From Candidatus Acidiferrales bacterium (GTDB taxonomy: Bacteria > Patescibacteriota > Microgenomatia > Levybacterales > UBA12049): 64,000 nucleotides of DNA. Shown piece by piece: positions 17,173 through 26,189 of this stretch (its first letter is position 1; every line of letters begins with the position of its first letter). Location: contig DATLSZ010000001.1 of NCBI GenBank assembly GCA_035533875.1, positions 3,614-67,613 of the forward strand, given 5' to 3'. The translations under genes were made by a program, and so were the position numbers. Under the pieces are notes generated by a model. It made no database searches and was not told where the DNA came from. It saw only the letters and a list, made by a program, of their open reading frames with translations.

Positions 17173-18081
17173 ACTCTGTCTCCTAGGTCGTTGATACTTC
17201 AGATATTTCTCTTTACAAATACTCTTGCAGAATGCCAATCCTGTCTCTTTGTCGCTGCAATTTATGCAACAAATGTAATGATAATGACACATGTCATATT
17301 CACAATTAACGTATGAATCGCATGCGACTCCGCAGTGCATGCAACTGCCGACTACCTCATGCTCCGGAGAATCGGTATTGAATCCAATCGTCATCCTGCC
17401 ATCAAAGACATATAATTTGCCTTTAAAATGTTTGTTGGGATACTTTTCCATGTAGGTTTGTATTCCGTCTTTGAGTTGGTAAACGTTTTTAAAGCCATTC
17501 CCCACGAGAAATCCGGATGCTTTCTCACACCTGATGCCGCCGGTACAGACGGTCACGACCGTTTTATTTTTAAGGTGACTCAAACGCGGCAGTACATCAG
17601 GGAGATCATAAAAGTTATGGATGCCTGACGGGATAAAATTCTCAAAATACCCTGAGCTGTATTCATAGTCATTCCGCATGTCGACGATATAAAACTCTTT
17701 TTTTTGTTCAAACCACTCGTGCAGCTCTTCTGCCTTAATATACTTTCCTGTCACTTTCTGGGGATTAAGATTTTTGATTTTGGTCGTTACGACTTCCGAC
17801 CGGTATTTTACTGATAATTTGGGAAACGCATCCCCTGTCCCTTCACTTTTTTTATAGGAGATTCCCTTGAAGTATGGTAGCTTCTCCATTGCCTTTATAT
17901 ATTTTTCAGTGTCCGCAACCAGTCCTTCAACTGTTCCATTGATCCCTTCATCAGCGACGATGATGCGGCCTTTTAAATTCAATTGCAAACACAACTCCCG
18001 CTGCTCATCCCGTACCTTCTCAGGCTCAGGAACAGTGACATATTTGTAATATAACAAAACTTGATACTTGGACTTTTTCAT
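17167..18081 (-). CDS. trhO: rhodanese-domain tRNA uridine(34) hydroxylase (TrhO/YceA, UPF0176)
   Basis: YQVLLYYKY...GRIIVADEGINGTVEG N-terminus, rhodanese active site CTGGIRCEKAS, Cys-rich C-terminus. ATG 18081 lies 7 nt after TATAAT (18089-18094, minus). Confidence 0.85.
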   Translation of the reverse strand: MKKSKYQVLLYYKYVTVPEPEKVRDEQRELCLQLNLKGRIIVADEGINGTVEGLVADTEKYIKAMEKLPYFKGISYKKSEGTGDAFPKLSVKYRSEVVTTKIKNLNPQKVTGKYIKAEELHEWFEQKKEFYIVDMRNDYEYSSGYFENFIPSGIHNFYDLPDVLPRLSHLKNKTVVTVCTGGIRCEKASGFLVGNGFKNVYQLKDGIQTYMEKYPNKHFKGKLYVFDGRMTIGFNTDSPEHEVVGSCMHCGVACDSYVNCEYDMCHYHYICCINCSDKETGLAFCKSICKEKYLKYQRPRRQSL

Positions 18082-18088
18082 AATTGTT

Positions 18089-18094
18089 ATTATA
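18089..18094 (-). promoter_or_regulatory. -10 box, leaderless configuration
   Basis: TATAAT, then 7 nt, then ATG 18081 (trhO). Confidence 0.5.
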
Positions 18095-18134
18095 TCATCA
18101 ATCCAAGACAACGTAGCCGCACGAAATAGTCTAT

Positions 18135-19199
18135 TTACAGTGTATCGGGGTAAACGTTTTTGAAATTCTCCAAACTTGAAAGATATTTTTTGGGATTTAT
18201 CTTCTGCGCTGTCTCAATAGGATTCAGAAGTTCTGAAACAGTTACAAATGTATATCCTTGTTTTCTTAGACTCGAAATGATATCCGGCAGCGCATTGGCA
18301 GTCTGCGGGACATTTGGCGCTCCACCAATATGCATAACGATAATCGATCCATTGTGCGCTTCACTCAAAACGTTGTGGATTATCTCATCTTCATTATTAT
18401 TAAAACCGTCATTGGCAACATCATCCCAATGAACAGTAACAAGACCTTCTTTTTTGACGAGCGCCAAATCCGACTGATCATAACAACCGCCGGGAAAACG
18501 AAAATATTTCGGTGTCACATGCGCGATTTGCTGCAAGAGCTGTTGTACTTTTTCGATTTCCGACGGATACTGCGACTGTGGAATTTGCGGCTGGTCAAAA
18601 CAATATCCTGCCATGGAAGGATGCGAATAGGAGTGATTTTCAAGCTCAAATAATGGATTCTCTGCCAGTTCTTTTGTCACATCTGGATAGGATTCTATCC
18701 AAAGCCCTGTGAGAAAGAACGTTGCCTTTATCCGATTCTGCATCAAATAATCCGTAATTCTCGGATCATTATATGTTGCTACCTGACCGTCATGCAGCCA
18801 GTCAACCATCACGGGAGTCATATCCGCATCAAAAGTCAGCGCGACTTCTTTTTTATTTCTTGGTCCGTGCCAAACGATCTGGTCAGATGTTATACTTTTT
18901 TTGGGCTTTGAAACCACAGCTGTATGCTTTTCCAGCAACTTCTGTGCTATTGGCGTAGTCACCGGCATTTCGGCTGCGGTATCCAAACTTTTAATATCTG
19001 TAACGTCCCTCGTCCCGATAACCGGAGTTGCATTACTGACAATATACCAAGCGTTGACATAGTAAAAAAGCGATGAGACAAGAAAAGTAATGACTGCGAG
19101 AGAAATTGTTATAAATCTAATCTGATCAGATCGATTGTTTTTTAATTTTGACGCGTCGAAAATAACCCCTTTTGTTTTCTTATAGACCTTTTTTCTCAC
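18135..19199 (-). CDS. polysaccharide deacetylase (NodB homology domain), membrane-anchored
   Basis: N-terminal TM, ALTFDAD, HSYSHP, FRFPGG motifs. GTG 19199 lies 8 nt after TGGTATAAA. Confidence 0.85.
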   Translation of the reverse strand: MRKKVYKKTKGVIFDASKLKNNRSDQIRFITISLAVITFLVSSLFYYVNAWYIVSNATPVIGTRDVTDIKSLDTAAEMPVTTPIAQKLLEKHTAVVSKPKKSITSDQIVWHGPRNKKEVALTFDADMTPVMVDWLHDGQVATYNDPRITDYLMQNRIKATFFLTGLWIESYPDVTKELAENPLFELENHSYSHPSMAGYCFDQPQIPQSQYPSEIEKVQQLLQQIAHVTPKYFRFPGGCYDQSDLALVKKEGLVTVHWDDVANDGFNNNEDEIIHNVLSEAHNGSIIVMHIGGAPNVPQTANALPDIISSLRKQGYTFVTVSELLNPIETAQKINPKKYLSSLENFKNVYPDTL

Positions 19200-19207
19200 C
19201 GGACTAT

Positions 19208-19216
19208 TTTATACCA
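19208..19216 (-). promoter_or_regulatory. TG-extended -10, leaderless configuration
   Basis: TGGTATAAA, then 8 nt, then GTG 19199. Confidence 0.45.
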
Positions 19217-19391
19217 CTCCGCAATCATTTTCAATAAATTAGTATATGGTCATGCTGTTTTAACAATCTACACGAACCGAAATGATTGCTTCGTTAGGTA
19301 TTATACTTATTGCATTTTGAAAGCAGAGGGGTATAAAAACTTAGCCGGAAAGAGTGAAGACACAAAAGTACAAATCTTTTTGTTGTGTATG

Positions 19392-20144
19392 CTACAGTAC
19401 TCTTGTCACGAGGAAAATAAAAAGAACACCTGCTATCGTCAAAAATAGCATCATGAAGGAACTATGATGACTATGTGCTTCTGGGAGCAGTTCGCTGGCA
19501 CCAATATAGAGTAAAAATCCTGCGAAGAATCCAAGATACAATTGCAAAATGTTATCTGGAATATGGATAAAAAATGTTGATAACACACCAAGAATCGGCG
19601 TCACCGCATCAAGCAACAGAAGCATAAAGGCTTTCTTCGTCGTATTTTTATTTGCAAGCATGAGGGTAACCGTATTAAGACCATCTGAAAAATCATGCGC
19701 GATAACCGCAATCGCAATTAACAAACCGACATGCGGACTGACATGAAATCCAAGTCCTATGCCGACACCATCAAGAAAGCTGTGAAACGAAAGTCCCAAA
19801 GCACCGACAAGTCCTACCGATTCATGATGATGATCAAAATGATGTTCATGGTGTTGACCTTCAGTATAATCTCCTTCATGGGAATGATGAATAATAATCG
19901 TTTTTTCAAGAATATGGAATGCGAGAAATCCGACAACAAGTGCGATAAACGCATTGGTAACCGGAAAATGCTGCTCCATACTGAGTGACACTACTTCCGG
20001 AAGAATATCAAAAAAACATACTGCAACAAGAACACCCGCAGTAAAACTCATTATATAATGCAACCTGTCTTTATTCTTGATGCTGAATATGCCGCCGGAG
20101 AGTGTTGAAAGAAAGGTAAAAAATGATAAGATAATTGCTTCCAT
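19392..20144 (-). CDS. zupT: ZIP-family divalent metal (zinc) transporter
   Basis: His-rich loop HHSHEGDYTEGQHHEHHFDHHHE, HDFSDGL and GASELLPE motifs. ATG 20144 lies 1 nt after the zur stop. Confidence 0.85.
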   Translation of the reverse strand: MEAIILSFFTFLSTLSGGIFSIKNKDRLHYIMSFTAGVLVAVCFFDILPEVVSLSMEQHFPVTNAFIALVVGFLAFHILEKTIIIHHSHEGDYTEGQHHEHHFDHHHESVGLVGALGLSFHSFLDGVGIGLGFHVSPHVGLLIAIAVIAHDFSDGLNTVTLMLANKNTTKKAFMLLLLDAVTPILGVLSTFFIHIPDNILQLYLGFFAGFLLYIGASELLPEAHSHHSSFMMLFLTIAGVLFIFLVTRVL

Positions 20145-20145
20145 A

Positions 20146-20568
20146 TTATTTCTGGCAATTCTGGCATAGTCCATAAAATTCCAGACTATGTCGTTTGATC
20201 AATAACTTCTTTTTACTTCGTATTTCTTTTTCTAATTTTTCGATGCGACAATCCGAGATATCTTCAATTGTTCCGCAATTATCGCAAATAAAATGATGAT
20301 GATCCGCCTTCGGACCATATTCATAGCGGAATTTCCCTTCGTTAAACTGTATCGGGACAACCAGACCTTTATCGGCAAAGGCATGCATGATGCGAAAAAT
20401 TGTTGCTTGGTCCGCTTTGATTTGTTTTCTATCGAGGTATTGAGAAACTGTTGCGATATCAATCGGCTTTGCCGATCTCTCCAAAACCTGTAGTACCCCA
20501 AGTCTTGCCGTGGTTACTTTGAGATTTGCTTCCTTTAATTCTGTTTTACAATCGTGCGGTTTTTGCAT
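20146..20568 (-). CDS. zur: Fur-family metalloregulator (Zur-like)
   Basis: Winged-helix N-terminus (TTARLGVLQVL), HHHF, CDNCG...CQNC metal sites; cotranscribed with the ZIP transporter. Confidence 0.85.
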   Translation of the reverse strand: MQKPHDCKTELKEANLKVTTARLGVLQVLERSAKPIDIATVSQYLDRKQIKADQATIFRIMHAFADKGLVVPIQFNEGKFRYEYGPKADHHHFICDNCGTIEDISDCRIEKLEKEIRSKKKLLIKRHSLEFYGLCQNCQK

Positions 20569-20584
20569 TTCAAACGCGATTTAA

Positions 20585-20603
20585 TTGCATTTAGTATATG
20601 CAA
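20585..20603. promoter_or_regulatory. candidate Zur operator palindrome
   Basis: TTGCAT-N7-ATGCAA overlapping the -10, nested in an outer inverted repeat CAAACGC (20571-20577)/GCGTTTG (20611-20617). Confidence 0.5.
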
Positions 20604-20621
20604 CTAACTTGCGTTTGTCAA
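20593..20621 (-). promoter_or_regulatory. zur-zupT promoter
   Basis: On the minus strand, TTGACA (20616-20621)-17 nt-TATACT (20593-20598); 24-nt leader. Confidence 0.6.
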
Positions 20622-20636
20622 GGGGAAAAAAAGAGC

Positions 20637-21002
20637 CTATTGCGGCTCTATCAGTTCATTTACTTTTTGAAGTAAATCCATGATATCAAATGGTTTGGCG
20701 ATAAAAGCATCTGCGCCGGCTTCCAATATGGATTTCTTAATCGCCGGATGTGCAGATATCATCATAATGGGTATCTGTTTTGTCTTTTTATTCATTTTTA
20801 ATTTCCTGCAAATCTCCCGACCGTCTATACCTGATAACAAGACATCAAGAATAATAAGTTTAGGTTGTTTTTTTTCCGTGATTAGCTTTTCAACGTCATC
20901 GCCGTTTTGGGTTGTTTCTACGGTATAGCCTGAGTCCTCCAAAACAAACCGTAATGCGTCCAAAATATCGAGGTCATCATCTACGACCAGTATTTGCTGC
21001 AT
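20637..21002 (-). CDS. single-domain response regulator (CheY-like receiver)
   Basis: ILVVDDD, LIILDVLLSGIDG, ISAH, KPF. Confidence 0.9.
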   Translation of the reverse strand: MQQILVVDDDLDILDALRFVLEDSGYTVETTQNGDDVEKLITEKKQPKLIILDVLLSGIDGREICRKLKMNKKTKQIPIMMISAHPAIKKSILEAGADAFIAKPFDIMDLLQKVNELIEPQ

Positions 21003-21075
21003 AATTAATTATTATATCCTTGTTTGAATATGCGTGCATTAAGAGTTGTGTAAGAATACATTTGCCAAACTTCCC

Positions 21076-21105
21076 TTGCATCTTTTTATCCACTTTTGCT
21101 ACACT
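21076..21105 (+). promoter_or_regulatory. sigma70-type promoter, short leader
   Basis: TTGCAT-18 nt-(TGC)TACACT; ATG 21119 lies 13 nt after the -10. Confidence 0.45.
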
Positions 21106-21118
21106 GATAATACTGTCC

Positions 21119-22426
21119 ATGGGTTATATCAAAAATTACGATCAACTTGCTACCAATGAAGACCGCAAAGTAGTCCTCGAACTTATTGACACCGCATATA
21201 CTGCGATACAACCTGCACATGTGTTCGAGAATCATTTTTCACTCGATGGCGAGAAATTAACTATCCTTGATAAAACATTTGACTTGAGTAAGTTTGATGG
21301 AATTTTTCTTTTAGGCTTTGGCAAAGGCAGCGCGGGCAATTGTAAAATACTGGAAGATAAGCTCGGCGACCGGATCGTCGACGGCTATGACATCGATGTT
21401 GTAGAAAATCCGCATTTCAAAAAAGTACACTATACAAAAGGCACGCATCCCCTGCCATCAGAACAAAACATTGCGTTTACCAAACATGCCATCGAGCATC
21501 TTGAGAAAACAAGTGAAAAGCACCTGGTGCTTATTGTCACGTGCGGCGGCGGCTCGGTGCTCTTTGAGGCACCGAACAAATTAAATCTCGACCAAATAAC
21601 CGAAGTCAACAAAGCACTTCTGCAATCAGGCGCAGATATTGAAGACATGAATGCTATCCGCAAACATCTCTCCCGAGTCAAAGGCGGCGGTCTTGCCAAA
21701 ATTCTCTATCCGTCAACTGTTGTAAATCTCATATTTTCCGATGTCCCTGGCAATGATCTTTCAGTCATCGCATCCGGTCCGCTTGTCGCGGATCACTCAA
21801 CAATGAGTGATGTGAAAAAGATTATCGCCAAGTATTCCCTCTCTTCAAAAGTCAAACTCCCACCTGATGCGTTTGCCGAGACACCGACAGAACACAAATA
21901 TTTTAAAAACGTCCACAATGTCCTCATGCTCAGCAATCATACGGCGCTTAACGCGATGGAACAATTGGCAAAAGAAAAAGGTCTGAAAGTCCATGTTCTG
22001 ACTGACCGTCTGCAGGGAGACGCAAGGACTTTGGGAGAAAAACTCATTAACGAAACACCACCAGGACATCTACTCATCGCAGGCGGCGAATCGACGATTA
22101 AAGTATCCGGCAAAGGCCGCGGCGGACGCAACCAGGCCCTCGTCCTCAATGCACTATCCGTCATTGCGAGCGAGCAGCGAAGCAATCCCCAACAAAATAT
22201 CCTCCTTGCTTCTTTCGGCTCAGACGGATGGGATTTCTATGAACTCGCAGGTGCCTTGGCCGATAAAGATACCCTTCGCAAAATAGATGAACTCAAACTC
22301 AACACGCAACCGTTTATTGCGGACGACAACAGCTACGAATTCTGGATAAAAATCGGCGACGGCATCAACACCGGACATCTGGATTCCAATGTCTCTGACC
22401 TGTATATTGTGTTGAAAACTAACTAA
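21119..22426 (+). CDS. glycerate 2-kinase (DUF4147 + MOFRL family)
   Basis: GFGKGSAG, TCGGGS, RKHLSRVKGGGLA, GKGRGGRNQ motifs. The track's N-terminal extension (21020-21118) covers the promoter. Confidence 0.8.
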   Translation: MGYIKNYDQLATNEDRKVVLELIDTAYTAIQPAHVFENHFSLDGEKLTILDKTFDLSKFDGIFLLGFGKGSAGNCKILEDKLGDRIVDGYDIDVVENPHFKKVHYTKGTHPLPSEQNIAFTKHAIEHLEKTSEKHLVLIVTCGGGSVLFEAPNKLNLDQITEVNKALLQSGADIEDMNAIRKHLSRVKGGGLAKILYPSTVVNLIFSDVPGNDLSVIASGPLVADHSTMSDVKKIIAKYSLSSKVKLPPDAFAETPTEHKYFKNVHNVLMLSNHTALNAMEQLAKEKGLKVHVLTDRLQGDARTLGEKLINETPPGHLLIAGGESTIKVSGKGRGGRNQALVLNALSVIASEQRSNPQQNILLASFGSDGWDFYELAGALADKDTLRKIDELKLNTQPFIADDNSYEFWIKIGDGINTGHLDSNVSDLYIVLKTN

Positions 22427-22453
22427 TATTGTCAATGCAAAAAATATAAAAAC

Positions 22454-22462
22454 TGCTATAAT
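22454..22462 (+). promoter_or_regulatory. TG-extended -10, leaderless configuration
   Basis: TGCTATAAT, then 9 nt, then GTG 22472 (tkt). Confidence 0.55.
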
Positions 22463-22471
22463 TGCTCTGTT

Positions 22472-24310
22472 GTGACAGTGAAACAATTACAAGAACTCAC
22501 AAAATTAATCAGATACTTCATACTGGTCTCCACAACCGAAGCCGGGTCAGGCCATCCAACGTCATCACTTTCAGCCGTAGAACTGATGACCGTTCTTTTT
22601 TTTGATGGATTCCTGCGTTATGATCTGAAGGATCCAGCAAACCCGAACAACGACCGTGTCATCTTTTCCAAAGGACATGCTTCCCCGCTCTTTTACGCGA
22701 TGTACACCGCGGCTGGTGCCATAACCGAAAAAGAATTACTGACACTTCGAAAATTCGGAAGCCGTCTCGAGGGACATCCGACACTTGAATTTCCGTACAC
22801 GCAAGTACCGACCGGCTCACTTGGCCAAGGTATTTCAGTCGGAGTCGGTATGGCGATCAATGCAAAATATCTTGATAAAATTCCGGCGAAAACCTATGTC
22901 CTTCTTGGTGACAGTGAGATCGCCGAAGGATCTGTCTGGGAAGCGCTGCAGATCGCGCATCATTACAAACTGAACAATCTCGTCGCGATCCTTGATGCGA
23001 ATCGCCTGGGACAAAGCAAAGAAACATTGGATGGTCATGATATAAAAACCATCGCGAAAAAATTCGAAGCATTCGGCTGGGAAGTCATCACGGTAAACGG
23101 ACACTCACTACCGCAAATTCAAAAAGCATTTACCAAAGCGCAGCAATCAAAAGATAAGCCGGTGATGATCGTTGCCAAAACATACAAAGGCCGTGGTATT
23201 TCCTTTTTGGAGGATAAAGAAAATTGGCACGGCAAGCCGCTCAATACAGAACAATTGCAGGATGCATTGAAAGAATTAGGAAACGTTGATACCCAACTGC
23301 TAGGAAAAATCGCCAAACCAAAAACAGTAGCAATCAAACCGATCAAGAAGTCAGCATTAAAACCAATATCATATGACAAAGGACAACTGCTTGCTACTCG
23401 CAGAGCATATGGCAATGCTCTGACCCGGATTATGCCAGCTTATCCAAACGCGGTTGTTCTTGATGCTGAGACAAGCAATTCTACGTTCTCCGCAAAAGGA
23501 CAGGACGTTGCACCAGACAGATTCTTTGAAATGTATATCGCCGAACAAAATATGGTCGGCACTGCAGTAGGACTTTCCCGCGTAGGCAAAATCCCCTTCA
23601 TCTCGACATTTGCCGCGTTCTTCTCCCGGGCGTTTGATCAGATCAGGATGTCACAATACTCCGATGCCAATATCAAATTCATCGGCTCACATGCAGGCGT
23701 CTCTATCGGTGAAGACGGCGCATCGCAAATGGGCCTTGAAGATATCTCGATGTTCCGAGTCATTTTCGGAAGCGTTGTTCTCTATCCAAGTGATGCCGTA
23801 TCAACGGAAAAATTGGTCGAAGAAGCAACTACGCATCATGGAGTGGTGTATATCCGCACAACACGCAGCGACACACCAGTACTGTATGCTAACGACGAAC
23901 AATTCCCTATCGGCGGAAGCAAAACGGTCAAACAAAGTAAATCCGACACCGTTACCGTAATCGGCGCAGGCATAACCCTTCATGAAGCACTTGCGGCTTA
24001 TGAAGTATTGAAAAAGGACAGCATTATGATCCGGGTCATTGATCTATATAGTATCAAGCCCCTGGATGTCAAAACACTCAAAAAAGCGGCCAAAGAAACC
24101 AAAGCAATAATAACTGTTGAAGATCATTTTGAAGAAGGTGGTATCGGCGAAGCAGTTAAGGCAGCACTGGTCAATGAAAATGCAACGGTCCATTCTCTTG
24201 CGGTCCGAAAAATGCCACACAGCGGCAAGCCGAAAGAACTGCTTGATTATGAAGACATCTCTGCAAACGCTATTGTGAAAAAGGTAAAAGAACTCCTTAA
24301 AAATTCTTAA
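22472..24310 (+). CDS. tkt: transketolase, full-length fused form
   Basis: 612 aa; GSGHPTSSLS, GSLGQGISVGVGMA, GDSEIAEGSVWEA, pyrimidine-binding and C-terminal domains present. GTG start 9 nt after TGCTATAAT. Confidence 0.9.
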   Translation: MTVKQLQELTKLIRYFILVSTTEAGSGHPTSSLSAVELMTVLFFDGFLRYDLKDPANPNNDRVIFSKGHASPLFYAMYTAAGAITEKELLTLRKFGSRLEGHPTLEFPYTQVPTGSLGQGISVGVGMAINAKYLDKIPAKTYVLLGDSEIAEGSVWEALQIAHHYKLNNLVAILDANRLGQSKETLDGHDIKTIAKKFEAFGWEVITVNGHSLPQIQKAFTKAQQSKDKPVMIVAKTYKGRGISFLEDKENWHGKPLNTEQLQDALKELGNVDTQLLGKIAKPKTVAIKPIKKSALKPISYDKGQLLATRRAYGNALTRIMPAYPNAVVLDAETSNSTFSAKGQDVAPDRFFEMYIAEQNMVGTAVGLSRVGKIPFISTFAAFFSRAFDQIRMSQYSDANIKFIGSHAGVSIGEDGASQMGLEDISMFRVIFGSVVLYPSDAVSTEKLVEEATTHHGVVYIRTTRSDTPVLYANDEQFPIGGSKTVKQSKSDTVTVIGAGITLHEALAAYEVLKKDSIMIRVIDLYSIKPLDVKTLKKAAKETKAIITVEDHFEEGGIGEAVKAALVNENATVHSLAVRKMPHSGKPKELLDYEDISANAIVKKVKELLKNS

Positions 24311-24324
24311 TCAAACCGCGTTAC

Positions 24325-25128
24325 TTATAGGTATTTATGGATTATCTTCTGAAGCTGATTATAGAGGCTAGGTGTTGCAGAACAAAAAGGATAATTCTCT
24401 TTCGCTCTTTTTAAATGATCCGTATAATCCAATGTACTGCCATCAAAATTAGTAAATATTCCGCCTGCTTCTTCAACAATTATTTGCGTCCCGACAACAT
24501 CCCAAATGTTTGTATTTCTATGATGTGCTCCACCGTAGGTTCCTCTGGCCAAAAACATACAATCAAGCATACTGCCGCTCGATCGTACATTCCTGCACTG
24601 CAGGATAATATCCTTAAGAATTTGTGATTCTATTTCTGTTCTTTCAGGATCAGATTGGAATCCGTCTACATTGTAGCTAATGAGCATTTTCAACATATTC
24701 TGTTCATTGCTTACATGAATTGCTTTCTTGTTAAGAAATGCCCCTTTACCTTTTTCTGCAGTATAGAGTTCTTTAAAATATGGAAGAACCATTCCTCCAG
24801 CGAGCGGATGATCTTGATACAGTAAGCCCAGTATTGTTGCATACAGTGGTGAAGCGTTAGCAAAATTACTTGTTCCATCAATCGGATCAATGATCCATGT
24901 ATACTCTGAATGATTATCGATTACCCCTGCTTCTTCATCAATAATATTATGAGAAGGATATTTTTCCTTTATTGTATTAACGATATACTTTCCAACTGCT
25001 AAATCTGTTTCTGTTAAGACTTGATTATTATCTCCTGATTTTGTCGTTCCTTGAATTTTTCCGAAATTATCCGTTGCTATTTGAGATGCTTCTGAAAGAA
25101 CCGACGTGATAAAAGAAGAGTAATCCAT
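24325..25128 (-). CDS. inositol monophosphatase family protein (IMPase / possible FBPase)
   Basis: EEAG..., WIIDPIDGTSNF, WDVVGTQIIVEEAGG motifs. Confidence 0.85.
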   Translation of the reverse strand: MDYSSFITSVLSEASQIATDNFGKIQGTTKSGDNNQVLTETDLAVGKYIVNTIKEKYPSHNIIDEEAGVIDNHSEYTWIIDPIDGTSNFANASPLYATILGLLYQDHPLAGGMVLPYFKELYTAEKGKGAFLNKKAIHVSNEQNMLKMLISYNVDGFQSDPERTEIESQILKDIILQCRNVRSSGSMLDCMFLARGTYGGAHHRNTNIWDVVGTQIIVEEAGGIFTNFDGSTLDYTDHLKRAKENYPFCSATPSLYNQLQKIIHKYL

Positions 25129-25134
25129 AGAAGA

Positions 25135-25143
25135 ATTATAGCA
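25135..25143 (-). promoter_or_regulatory. TG-extended -10, leaderless configuration
   Basis: TGCTATAAT, then 6 nt, then ATG 25128. Confidence 0.55.
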
Positions 25144-25166
25144 AAAAATAGCAATTTAATTCCGAC

Positions 25167-25195
25167 TTGACGTCTCTGCACTTTTGGCGCATGAT
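25167..25195 (+). promoter_or_regulatory. sigma70-type promoter of split transketolase operon
   Basis: TTGACG-17 nt-CATGAT; in-frame GTG 25203 lies 7 nt after the -10. Confidence 0.45.
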
Positions 25196-26066
25196 TAAAA
25201 TAGTGCTGGAAGAATTACACGAAGACAAATTAATAGACCTCGAAAAAAAGGCAGAAGAAGCCCGAGAGCTGATCATAAAATCGCTTCTTGAAGCAGGATC
25301 GGGACATTCAGCAGGTCCGCTTGGCATGGCGGATATCTTTACTGCGTTTTATTTTCATATTCTCAAACACGATCCCAAAAATCCCGATTGGCCTGAGCGC
25401 GACCGGCTGGTACTTTCCAACGGCCATATCTGCCCGATCCGCTATGTTTCAATGGCGCAGGCAGGCTACTTCCCTATTGAGGAATTGAAAACGTTACGGA
25501 AAATAAACTCAAGATTGCAAGGTCATCCGCACCGGACCGCTTTACCGGGACTCGAAACGACTTCCGGACCGCTCGGCGAAGGACTCGGACAGGCAATCGG
25601 CATCGCACTTGCAGCCAAACTTGATAAAAAAAACTATTATACCTATGTCATCACCGGTGATGGAGAGCTGGACGAAGGCAATATCTGGGAATCAGTGATG
25701 TTTGCCGGCAAAAATAAAATGAACAATATCATCATGACTATCGACCGCAACAATATCCAAATCGACGGTTTCACCGAAAATGTCATGCCGCTTGAACCGT
25801 TGAAAGAAAAGTTTGAGGCATTTGGCTGGCACGTTCTTGAAGTTGACGGCAACAATATCAAAGCATATGTTACCGTGATCAAGGAAGCGCACGCGATTTA
25901 TGAGAAACCAACGGTGATCATCGCCCATACCATCCCGGGACAGGGTGTTGATTTTATGGAAAAGGATTTCCATTGGCATGGCAAGCCGCCGAATGCGGAA
26001 GAAGCAAAAAAAGCGCTTGATGAATTACGCACGCTCAAGGGACAGATTGAGAGTGAACACAAATAA
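25191..26066 (+). CDS. transketolase, N-terminal (TPP-binding) subunit of split enzyme
   Basis: GSGHSAGPLGMADI, GPLGEGLGQAIG, GDGELDEGNIWE. In-frame GTG 25203, 7 nt after CATGAT, is an alternative leaderless start. Confidence 0.9.
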   Translation: MIKIVLEELHEDKLIDLEKKAEEARELIIKSLLEAGSGHSAGPLGMADIFTAFYFHILKHDPKNPDWPERDRLVLSNGHICPIRYVSMAQAGYFPIEELKTLRKINSRLQGHPHRTALPGLETTSGPLGEGLGQAIGIALAAKLDKKNYYTYVITGDGELDEGNIWESVMFAGKNKMNNIIMTIDRNNIQIDGFTENVMPLEPLKEKFEAFGWHVLEVDGNNIKAYVTVIKEAHAIYEKPTVIIAHTIPGQGVDFMEKDFHWHGKPPNAEEAKKALDELRTLKGQIESEHK

Positions 26067-26073
26067 AATATAA

Positions 26074-26174
26074 GCGGGTGGCACGGGCGGAGGGCTCCCA
26101 GCAGCGCGCAGTTCGTTCGCAGCAAAGCAAGACTAGAATGAGCACTGATGGGAGGAGCCCGGGACAGGACCCGC
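26074..26174 (+). other. GC-rich structured spacer between split transketolase genes (candidate RNA element)
   Basis: Outer stem GCGGGT (26074-26079)/ACCCGC (26169-26174); inner stem GGGCTCC (26092-26098)/GGAGCCC (26154-26160). Composition is strikingly GC-richer than the flanks. Confidence 0.35.
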
Positions 26175-26189
26175 AAAAACTAAAAAATT

